Shown here piece after piece: positions 38,101-49,000 of a stretch of DNA of 64,000 bases (the first letter of the stretch is position 1; every line of letters begins with the position of its first letter). Below the pieces are notes generated by a model that saw only the letters and a program-made list of their open reading frames with translations, was not told where the DNA came from and made no database searches. Source of the DNA: Paramoeba atlantica (lineage: Eukaryota > Protista > Discosea); assembly GCA_977017575.1 (NCBI GenBank), contig CDRNVI010000142.1, positions 12,953 through 76,952 of the forward strand. Reading direction: 5' to 3'. The position numbers were made by a program, and so were the translations under genes.

Positions 38101-38380
38101 TGCTTCGATTTCTTGAACAGTCACCCCCAACCACTTTGCATCTTCATGATGAATCAACAAACGATTACCAGTCAAGGCTAGATTTCTCCAAACCTTAACT
38201 ACAGTTGCATAAAACAAAGTATACACAGCAACCATCTTAAAATGAGTAAATGTCTGTACTGCAGCACCAATGCCACCAAACCGATGCTTCCTTTGACCTT
38301 CTTCACCTTCCAACTGATCCCATAATCTTGAATCAGCCATCGTCACCATAACTGCTGAATCATGGATAGTCCAAATATCC
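35200..38380 (-). pseudogene. Chromovirus pol (protease, RT, RNase H, integrase, chromodomain), one frame with 5 internal stops
   Basis: WNSPLLAVFKK, RVCLDLRAVN, DLTEAYHHI, RMPFG, YLDN, DASQYAVGAVL, TDHKVL, integrase HHCC (HEESHAG..CVVC), GMDFICGLP, QNGAVER, and chromodomain YEFEKILDDR..EYLVKWK..SWQ. Confidence 0.95.
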
Positions 38381-38803
38381 TTTTTTTTTTTTTTTGAGGC
38401 AGACTTTATTCAATTAGTAGTTCTTAATCTAAGCCATTTGAATTACATTAAATTATATTTGTTTTTAACCTCTAACGAGAGGTGAAGTTTTAAACTTCAG
38501 CTTAGTTCAGTCGGTCTTTATGCTGAACTTTAGAACTTCTGCAAGTTCAGGCTGGAGGATGCACATCAGAAGGGAGAATAATCCAAAGCTCCTTCCAAGG
38601 GAATTTATCCTCAACTTTTTAGCAGACAGGGCTGAGATGTAACCTGTTCTGATTTTCACACTTCTTCAAGAGCTCCTCACTCCAATCAAATCACTCTACA
38701 GCACCAGAAAAATTTCCTATAATATCGAAAAACTGGGATTTGAACTTGCCCCCCCGGGGTTGGACATAGTTGAATTTACGACTAAACTACAGGCGCCAAC
38801 CCA
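38381..38803 (-). mobile_element. tRNA-derived SINE (423 bp) inserted in the chromovirus protease region
   Basis: 15-bp TSD ATAGTCCAAATATCC at 38366-38380 and 38804-38818. A15 tail preceded by AATAAA. The head GGCGCCTGTAGTTTAGTCGTAAA..GTTCAAATCC carries A-box-like and B-box motifs. Removing the insert plus one TSD (438 bp) restores the gag-pol frame. Confidence 0.88.
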
Positions 38804-40408
38804 ATAGTCCAAATATCCAGCGATTTCGAATCACCCCACGTAATCAGAACATACAATTTCGTCAAATCTGGAGGTGGTGAAATTGGGCCAAGAGCATTCT
38901 CCTCACTCACACTGAGAGGTGAATTAACATCTCTCAAAAATTGTTTATACATCTTGTCTTCTTCCATTGAAGATGAAGCACTGGCATCAGCACTGGCTCC
39001 TTCCTCCGATAGCAGAAAACAACCATCTTTGGGAGTCGAGCGTTCAGGACAGTCTTTCTTCTTGTGACCAGGTTGCAAACATTTGATACACAAATTTTTC
39101 CCTTTGATCTCTTTCCAAGAAATTTTTTTCTCCTTCACACTCTTGTTCCCATTCTCGTTTGAAGACGTTGATGAAGGCGGCAGTTTCTTCTTGTAACACT
39201 GACTTTCTGAATGGCCAGTTTTCTTACAAAACGCACAAGTTGCCTTTTTCTTTAGCACCTTTGCATCCTCCTTCAACAAAACAAACTGGTCTGTGTCTTC
39301 AACCTCAAAGGCATGGTCCACTAAAACTCTCCAATGAACCTCCTGGTTACGCTCAAACACTTGACCAAAATTCCTCACCCAAAGTAATTCATATTCTGTG
39401 CGAGAATTCTCTCGGAGCTTTAATTTTGCTTCTTTCGAATTCAAATCCAACCGAAGCTCCAACAGAAACCAAGAGAGTCACTCTGCAAATTTCTTTATAC
39501 ATTCTGACTCCTCCTGAACCACTGAACCCAAGAGTCCTTCCACCTTCTGACTGAAGTTGGCTCCCAAATTCGATTTTTTCAACAACTTAAACATCTGGTT
39601 CACCATCCAATCCGAGGTATCTGACTGTACAAAATCAGACTTCGTTGTTCCAGATACTGCCCGCAAGAGATACTTCTTCTGCACCCCCTCTTGCAAACCT
39701 TCAGCCTTCATCAAAATCTTAAACAAAAACTGAAACTCAAGGACTTTTGCGACGTCCTTCGTTGGGGTTTTTAATTTTGGTAGATTGTCAAGTTTCTTTA
39801 ACCAATCTCCCAAGCCCGTGGATGATTCAAACAAACCAACTGAAGGATTAGCTACTCCCCTCAGTATTCTGGCTTGCCTCCTTGAATCACTCCCACTTGA
39901 GGAAGAACGATCTGACGCAGACTGCTCCCTCTTCATCACGTGAAAATCTGATTCCAACTCAGTTGAAGAAGTGGCTTCCTTCTCTTCCAACTTTGTCATT
40001 CTTCTTCCAGGAATTCTCAAATTCCCTGGAACACCTGAAGGTCCTACTCAACTTCTTATGTCTGAGTACTCAGGTTTTGATGTCTCGAATTTTGTCTCAC
40101 GAGCCAATGTTTGTTTCAAGAGCTTCAACATAACTTGAATCATAGAAATTCGCTTCTGCAAACTCACAATGGCCTCTTCATGAAACTCACTCTCATCTAG
40201 ATTGAGATTAATCACCTGATCCATTAATGTGAGTTCAAGTTTCCTCAGTTTGTCATAACACTGGACAACTTCAGACTCCAGTGACCTTGATGAGACTGAT
40301 AACGACAACTCAGACAACAACATCCGTTCAATTTCACTTTCCGCATCTTGATCCTCTTGTTCCAAACTAAGGGGTGTCTCATGGGCCTCCTCCTTTGCTG
40401 ACTCCATA
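38804..40408 (-). pseudogene. Chromovirus gag with two CCHC zinc knuckles
   Basis: ATG at 40408, TGA stops at 40050 and 39480, and one frameshift near 39470. Knuckles CAFCKKTGHSESQC and CIKCLQPGHKKKDC. Confidence 0.85.
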
Positions 40409-40483
40409 GAGAAAAAGTTTTCCAAAAAAAAATGGATTTACAACTGATTAAACTCGACGCACACAAGGAAAAGACCAAAAAAA

Positions 40484-40790
40484 AGTTGAGTCCTCTATGG
40501 AATAGTATAGAGATAGAAACAAGAACAGAAAACAAGAACAAAGAACAAAGAAAGAACAAGCTTGGTTCAATGTCTTTTATCAAATGCATTCCAAAAGCCA
40601 AAAAGAACAAAAGAAAGTTTACGCTCTTTCGCCCACAAATGGGTCCAAAGAACAAAACCTCTTTTGTACAAAAAAGGGCAACAAATAATTTACAATTATT
40701 CACAATCGGAAAACACACACAAAACAGTTCAGTGTTTCCGCTCACCAACAAAACAACAAAGTCAACAAAACCAACTATGACAACCCAACA
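40484..40790 (-). repeat. 5' LTR of the chromovirus (307 bp)
   Basis: Mate of 34786-35092; followed on the element strand by T7-GGTCTTTTCC. Confidence 0.95.
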
Positions 40791-41068
40791 TGAGTCCATT
40801 CACATTGGGGTTGAAGGGGTTGGAAGAAGGGGTTGGGAGGGTGGGGCGAGTTGGTTTTTGAAATGCAGAAATTCTTGGAATTCTCTAAAAGATACCTGGA
40901 ACATTTTCTCATTTTGTTGGGCTCCTGCTTGATCTGGTAATTTCGAAAAAAAAAAAAAGATGATGTCATTTTAACTGTCACATGAAAAAAGAGAAAGAGG
41001 GACGAGAGAAATGAGAGAAGAGAAGAGAGACAGGGGAGGAGAGAAAGCTGTTTTTGTGTTTTTATTCA

Positions 41069-42271
41069 AGAATTGAAACAGTAAGAATAATGAGCTGTTG
41101 TCATTCTCACATTGAAGAGACAAGAAATCAAATCCCCCATTGCAAAAGGGTGTTGTGGTTCATCAATACCACTGGCAAGTTCAAAAATTCGTCAGTTGCT
41201 GTGTGCAATCACAATATCCCAGAATTTTTCGATTGGGTTCAAGTCTGGTGAGTTTGGGGGATTCCAAAGCAAATAGGCACTACGAGAGTTGACAATCTCT
41301 TGAAGCTCACTTTCATGTTTCTGATGGCAAGGCATGTTGTCGAGATTCACAATTGAGTTAGGGCCAGGGTATGGTGTTAAAACAGCACTCAAATTCCTCT
41401 TAAAGAAACCAATGATGTCTGCTGCAGAAAGTGTTGGGGAAACCAATTTTCCAGTTACCAGTCTGAGGTTCCCTTTTTCATTTTGATCTTGCACAGGAAG
41501 AACACCAAATGCTTCAATAATTTCGCATCATGGGAGGCTGGATTGAAGATGGGTTGTGCATTGCATATGGGGTTGAAGTTGAGTTCCAATTGGAGCATAG
41601 CCTCGAGAACAGGACTGGCTCACAATTTCATTCAGTTTGAACTTTTTTTTGTCAAGAAAAACAGCTTGGTTGACTTGGGTCCAGAGTTGCTTCAGATCTT
41701 GGAGATATCCACTTCGTTCTTTTGGAATTGAGAAACCAGGAATAAAGGAGGCTTTTTTCAAACTGAGGTTGTTTTGAGAAAGGATTTTCCACACCAGTTT
41801 TGGTTCAACGGGAACCCCAAGAGCACTAGACATGGCAATTGCAAATGAGATGGGGGTCCCTCGATTCTTTTTTACATAAGGGAGAAGAATTTTCTCCACT
41901 TTCCCAATCAAACTTTTCTTTCTTCTCTTTGGGGTGTTCTCTCTTTTTCTCTTGCACATTTTGAAAACAAAAAATGCCTGAAAAATGTGACTCTCAAAAG
42001 AAAATAAGAATTTTGTTATTTTTGTTATTTCTTTATTTTCTGATAGTTTCCTCATTTCCATTCTTTCAATTTTGTTCCATGAAAATTTTGAAATATTCTC
42101 AAATTTTCTCAGAAAATTGGAGAATTTTCTAAGAAAATAATAATTTTCGCTCTTTTGGAGTGGAGACGGGTTGACATTGGCACCATACAAAAATTCCATA
42201 ATGTGTGGTGCATCCTTCTTTCCAGAGAAGGTCCACTGGGGTTTCAACTTTCCCACAAGAGACTCAGCCAT
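41069..42271 (-). mobile_element. IS630/Tc1/mariner-superfamily transposase relic (DD36E)
   Basis: VFLDKKKF, SRGYAPIG, IVNLDNMPCH and WNPPNSPDLNPIEKFW lie in one frame with two TGA stops (41530, 41194); 36 residues separate the second D and the E. No TIRs found. Confidence 0.88.
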
Positions 42272-43080
42272 AGAGAGCTCACTAAACTCTTAATCCAAAT
42301 GAATCTGTGAACAACACAGCCACATAAACACAATTCAATACAGGGAATTTACAAACTGATTTATTGATAAGAGAATAAACAGGTTATTACCATGTTATTG
42401 TAATGTTGCATCTTGTTGCAAGGCAAAGTGGCAAGCAGTTTGTACATCATTGCAAGGAGATAACAAGCCAATAGAATGAGGAAAACTTCAAAAGAAAGGT
42501 TTCAATCCATTTTGGTCATCTAGACAATTCATTCTTCTGGAATCAATACATGTTGGTTTGGTGAAAGTGTGACTTGGACAAGCACACTAAATTTGAAGCA
42601 CCAAAATCAACTTTGTTGTTTTGTTACAATTTGCAAGGAGCACAAAGCTTCTGTGCACTAGTGGGGGAGGTGGAGGTTGGAGGTTTGATGTTAGGGGAGA
42701 TGTGCTGGACAGGTTGGGGGAGGGGAAAAGTTGATAAGGGGAGGAGGTTTGAGAGTGTGGGGAGATGAAAAGGTGGTGGGATGGTAAGCTTGAGAGGATG
42801 GGGCAACAAGGATTGTTCCCAGGGATGAGGTGAAAAAAAATTTTTTTCAAATTTATCAAATTTTCTTAAATCTTGAATATCTTACATTAGATTAATCCAT
42901 TTTTTATTCTTTTCAGTTTCCAAGGGGTTCAAAATATTCAAAAAAAGTCAGAACTGGCAAGTTCTGAATAAAAAAACATTCCAGCTTTTGCTGGTCCTTC
43001 TAGCTGTTTTAGTTGAAATATTTATTTAAAAATTAATAAAAAAAGTTCAAAAATCCATTTCAAAAATAAGAATAATTAGT

Positions 43081-46000
43081 TTATGATTGAATGGAGCCAT
43101 CAATTGTAGTGCTAGAGTTTCTTGATGTGAGCATTGATTTTGATGTTGATGCAATAACTGCCACTTGTGCAAACTGTCTCTGATTGAATTGAATTAACAA
43201 GAAAGTCATCATTAAAACTTCTGTTAAGAATAATGTAATGAACATATAAATTGATGATGCAAAATCAGCAACAAGAATAATCAAAAACAAGATTGATCGA
43301 ATCAAAAAAGCAATTGTAAATGTCCCTCCAACTACAATCACAAACTGTTGTTTTGAAGAAGCCATTTTCTTTGCAGATTGAAAGACTTGATAAGAGTAGT
43401 AGAAAAAAATACCCCCTAATCCAATTGTTACACCAATAATAATGGATTGATAAACAATTGCCAATTGTCTTGTTCTTTCTTCTTCTTTATCATAAGAAAC
43501 AACAACTCGTCCTTCACAAGCTGATTCTCCTGATGAACCATCTGGAGAAATTAAAGAAAAAAGGGCGAAAAGATCAGAAACAAAAAAGAAAGAAAAATTA
43601 CAAAGAAGAATTACATTTCCAATAAATAAGAGAATAAAAATCAGAATAAATGAAATCAGAATAAATTTAAAACAAACCAACAATTGATTCAGAATAAACA
43701 AGTGTAACAATCAGCCACAAACCCCAAACAAAAGACCACCCAAAAATCAAAATATATTTGACTTGTTCTTGAGGAAAGAAACCCTTTCTGAACACAATTC
43801 TTTTGAAAGTGTAAATCGAAAAAACAAGAATTGAAAACAACAAAAATGTTGGGATTTCGAAAACAACAAAATAAGCAACTGGTTCATTTTCAAATCTTCC
43901 TGTAAAATGGAAAATCATATTTTAGTGTTTCATATTTTTAACATTATTATTATTTCTTATTGATTCTTATTGATTCTTATTAATTCTTATTCTTCATTTG
44001 TATTCCTCATTTTTTATTATTTGTTATATTCTTATTTCTTATTCTTATGAATCCTTTTGTTTGGCTTTTTTGAAAACAATTTTGTTCTCCTTATTACAGT
44101 TGAAAATCATTTTGTGTTCAAAAAACAACAAAAAAAAAGATAAGAAACCTTTTGGATAAAGAAACATAAAAACAGCTCGAAAGATACACAAGACAATGAA
44201 AATGATTGTTGAAATGTGTGGTAACTTGAAAAGGTCTCGTTTTCCAGATCGATCACCAGTCACAAGAAACATAGTCTACTCATCTTTCATTTCAGAAACA
44301 AAAAAGATTGAACTTTGAAAAAGAATAAAAAGAATAATAAAAAAAAAGAAAAGAAAAAGAATAAAAGAATAAAGCATCATCAGAACAAAAATAAAAATTG
44401 GTAAAGAAAAAAAACCAATCCAGCAAGACACCAAAATCCAAGAAAACAATAACAAGCCCCAAGAGTGTACATCAGAGACCTTGTAGTATCACTTGTATAT
44501 TCATTATCTATTTCTTCATAATGAACCAATCTTAAGATTGGAAACAAACGAATCACTCCAGAATCTGAGAAAACAGATTGGTAATCAATTTGTGCACACA
44601 ACCATCCAATTGAGTTTATATCTTCAATGTTAATTTCACTTTCTTCCAACCCTTTTTAAAGAAAAAAAGAAAAGGTTAAAAAAGATTCCAACTCTCTTTT
44701 GGTTGAATGAAAAAAAAAAAAATAATCTTGAATAAATCAGCAAATAAAAAATAAAAGAAAAAGAAAAAGAAAACGACAAACCAACAGGATAAATAAAAAC
44801 TAATTCAGAAGTAGTATACCCAAAATCAGGAACATACTCTCCCACATACTCTCCCCCCAACATTGGATCAAGAGACAATCTCAAACAAACTTCAAATTGA
44901 CCAATCAACTCAGGATTCAAAAAACTCAAAACAACACCATCTCCAAGAACTTCTCCAACTGTTGCATCATTTTGATTGATTACAATTCCTTGTTTTCTTT
45001 CCTTTTGCCATCGGAAAGAGACAGGAGGGGGAACAAAAGGAGCAACGAACCAGTTCTGGAATAATTGAAAAATGAATTAAATAAAGGATCCAAAATAAAC
45101 CAGAAGAAAAGAAAGAAGAAAAGAGAAAAGAAAACTCGATAAATAATAGAAATATTCAAAAAACTGCATTGAGATGTTGTTGAATTAGGATGAAATGTAA
45201 CTCGAGCAGAAGGATCCTATTTTAAGAATTCATTTTAAATTTGTGATAAATCAAATAAATAAATAAATAAAATATCTCATAAAAGATAAAATGAAATACT
45301 CAAAAAAGAGGAATAAAAATTCTAATGAGAAAAACCTTTACAAAAGAAGGTTCACCCTGACAGACTGCAGCAAATCCCATTAAAACTTCTTTCTCTTGTT
45401 CTCCAACAACATAACAATGTTCTCCTGGTGTTTTTTGAAATAAAATCAAAATTAAGAGAAAGGAAAGAGAAAAGAAGGGAGAAGAGAAAAAAAAAAAGAA
45501 GAGAAAAGAAAAGAAAGGAAGGAAGAGAAAGAAAGAAAAGAAGTGAGAAAGAGAGAGAGAAAAAAAACCTCCATCTCCAGAAAGACAATCACAAACAAGT
45601 GTGGCAACTGGCTTTGTAATTGACTCAGATTCACAAATAATCTCCGATTTTAGTGAAAATATAAACTTTTCTTCCCCACTTGATTGAAATATGAATTGAG
45701 AGAATGGAGAGAATGGAGAGAATGGAGAGAGAAGAGAGAACAAGAAAAAAGAAAGAAAGAAAAAACCTTTGTTTAATCCAATCACTCAACAAAATAAATG
45801 AAAGAGAATTTTGCATAACAAAAGAAGATTGTAATTCAACAGGTCTCCATTCAAGGGGTCGTGGAATTCCACCTTGCCAAACTCCTGGAGTCCACACCCA
45901 TCTATTTTGCAGTTCTCCTCCTTTTTAAAGAAAGAAAAAGAGAGAGGAGAGAGGAAAGAAGAAAGGGAGAAGAGAAGAGAGAATCAGATGTCTAAAAGAA

Positions 46001-49000
46001 AAAAAAAAGAAAATCATCTTTCAAAAACAAACCATGACAATTACATTGTTCTTCATCAAGAATCCAAAGTAAAGTATCTTCTCGTCGACTAAAGATTTGG
46101 CAACCATATCGAGTTTGGACTTGAGCAAGACATTCTTCTTTTGTCTGTGCAGGTTCCACCCACGCCCAAAAGATAAATGGATCAGTGAATGGTACACAAT
46201 CAACAGAATTCTCAATAATTGGTGACATACAACCAACTCCAGTTCTTTTAAATGGAGATGGACAAAAAGGATTTGCATTGGAAATATATTCTCCTGAGCT
46301 CATGCAAGTACCATACTAAAAAAAGAAGAGGGTTTTCTTAAAAAAATGAAAAAAAAAAAGAAATTCATTTGTCAAACCTGAACATCAACAGGATACTCCT
46401 CTGATCGAACAATAGTTGTCCAAATACGATCAGAACAAGACCCAGATTGTTCGCATTCCTCTTGAGTACCACAAACATGCCAGCGACTCACATAACATCC
46501 AAGATATCTTTGAGGAAAAGGTTCTCCTGAACATTCTCCCACCTCATTTTGTTGACAAGTTGCCCAAACACTTCTTGAAGGAAACTGTTGTTTGTTTTGG
46601 ATCAGAAAAGTGAAATCAGAAAGAAAGATCAGAAAAGTGAAAAAAAGAAAACAAAAAGTGAAAAACAAAAAAAAAACTCCCAACAAAACAGAAACAAAAA
46701 AAGAAAAACAAGAGAGAAGAGAAAGAGAAATGAGAACCAGAGAACAAGAATCTGAAGAAGAAACACCATCAAGAACACACAAATTCCCTTGATACCACTC
46801 TGTTACAACTGAATTGTCTGAACCATACAATTCACAAGATTCCAAAGAGTCAACATCAGATGCATAACAAACTCCTTCAATATTTGTGATGGATTCACAA
46901 CTTTCTCCAAAACAATCTGTTGTACATTGCGCAGCCATTGCTCTATTATTCAAAATTATTCTTTCTCAAAGGAGAGTTGTTTGTTGTCTTTCTGAAAAAG
47001 AATGTGGTTGTGAATGTGGTTGTGATTTGGAGTAGTTTGTTTTATTTTCAAACCTGCACTCAGATTCTGTCAGAGTGAAATCAATAGAACCATCAGGAAG
47101 TTCACAAGCAATTGCTGATTCACAAGAAGCTTCATCTACAATCCCAGGAACTTCCATACACGGTAAATCTCCATTTGGTGGACAATACAAACAAAAAGAT
47201 CCTAAACACAAATGAGAAAAAAAAAACCATCACCAAGAGAATTCATCAAAAAACAAAAACAATCCAAAAAAACCAGTGCATTCTGACGAATCTTCTGCAA
47301 CACATTTTGGTTCATCTGGACAAAGTTCTTCTGTTGCCTCAATGTACTTGAACATTGGTCCACAAAAATCATGACAACCAGTGGAATTCTGAAAAAATCA
47401 ATCAAAAAATGGAAGGAGGAAAAAAGGAGGAAAAAAGGAGGAAAAAAGGAGGAAAAAAGGAGGAAAAAAGGAGGAAAAAAGGGGGGGAAAAGAGAAACCA
47501 TTTGACAAAAAGTACCCAAACAAAAATTGGATGGGCAAAATGCAAAAGCAAGGTCAGTTTCTTGAGGATAATGGAAACCCAATCGTTCTGTGAAGCATCC
47601 AAGATCAGAAGCTTCATATTGATATCGAGTTCGATGTGAAATATCAAGAGGATTTTCTGGATTCACACAGTCTCTGATTGTTGCTGCTTTTTTAAGTGCT
47701 TGGAAAAATTCTGGTGATGTTTTCGAATAGTTGGCAACACTTGATGGCAACACACTTCTCCTACAAAAAAAAATAATTATTTTCTCTTTTGTTGAATTTT
47801 GAGAGAAGACCAAAGAAATAAAAAACACAAACTTTAAGAATGATTCTTCAGATGAAGACATTTTGAGAATGTAACAGGAGAGAAATTGGTCTTCAAACTG
47901 TCCCAAGATTGTAAATCAACATTTTCATTCAAAAAAAAAAGAAAGAGAAAGAAAGGAGAAAAAAGAAAGAGAGGAATGAAGAAAAAAGAGCAATCAAACA
48001 AAGAAAGGAAAAAGAAAGAGAAAAAGAAAAAGAAAATGAGAAGAAACCTGTTGCAAAGGAGGTAAAACACAACGATTTTGATAACAAATCCCAAGAAACT
48101 GATCACATTCTGAATTTTCTTGACATCTAAATCCCAAATAGTCTCCTTTCAAATTTTAAAAAGTTTAGTTCAAGAAAAGAAAAGAATAGAGAAAACTAAC
48201 AAAGAATAGATAATAGATAAGAAGAATAAGTAAAAATAGATAACCTCCAAAACCAACTTCAATCAAACAATCAATAAACTGATTTTGAATAATATCCACC
48301 AAAAAAAGAGAGAGTGCACTCTCATAATTCTATCAGAAATATGTTATTATCATTATTCACAACAATAAGTAAAAAAAACTTGAAACTTTAAAGAAATCAA
48401 AAATAGAAAAAAATCAAACATCAATTCCAGAAGTACATCCAAGAATTGGATCATCCACATAATTCAAAGAAAAAGAAAGTTCTTCATAAAAAGATTCTGC
48501 ACATTCTGGAATTTCACATTCGCTCACAACCGCTTCGTCTGTGTACAAATCCAAAGTTGTATTGTATGAAAAGGGTAAACAACATGAAACAAACTATGAA
48601 ACAAACTATGAATAAATTATCCCTTTTCAAAAAGAAAGACAAAGAGAAAACTGTTAAATATGGGTTGCAACAAGGATCTGCAGCCCATTCAAGAGTCCCA
48701 GTTGTCTCCAAACAAGTTGTTTGATCGTCCAAATCGACAAAAGTTTCCACTGAATCCAGATTATAAGCAACTGAATAAATTTAAAAATTAGTCACACATT
48801 TTTTCAAATGAAATCCTGTTTCCACTGAATCCTTTAAGTACAGTAGAGAGGGTGCAAAAGGACCAATACACTACTTCACAACACAAAAGAAGTCTCTTTG
48901 AGGGATGTTAATGAAAGAATGAAAAAGAAGAGAGAACACCTTCTGTTGTACAAGTTGTTGCCAAAATTGCTGCATCCATGATATCCAATGTGTACTATGA

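Larger units (their letters stand above)
34786..40790 (-). mobile_element. Complete Ty3/gypsy chromovirus with both LTRs, inactivated by stop codons and a SINE insertion
   Basis: 307-bp LTRs at 34786-35092 and 40484-40790. 5-bp TSD TGAGT at 34781-34785 and 40791-40795. PPT GTGGGGGG abuts the 3' LTR. Domain order is gag-protease-RT-RNase H-integrase-chromodomain. Confidence 0.97.

Noticed and set aside
35200-41530. Alternative genetic code (TGA or TAA read as sense) explaining the in-frame stops
   Set aside because: The two LINE ORFs (about 2100 codons) and the host exons inspected have no in-frame TGA or TAA, and host genes end in TGA or TAA. CpG decay explains the stops better.
40800-43000. 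Fanzor/TnpB gene or TIRs beside the IS630-like transposase
   Set aside because: No RuvC or zinc-ribbon motifs and no inverted termini were found by eye.
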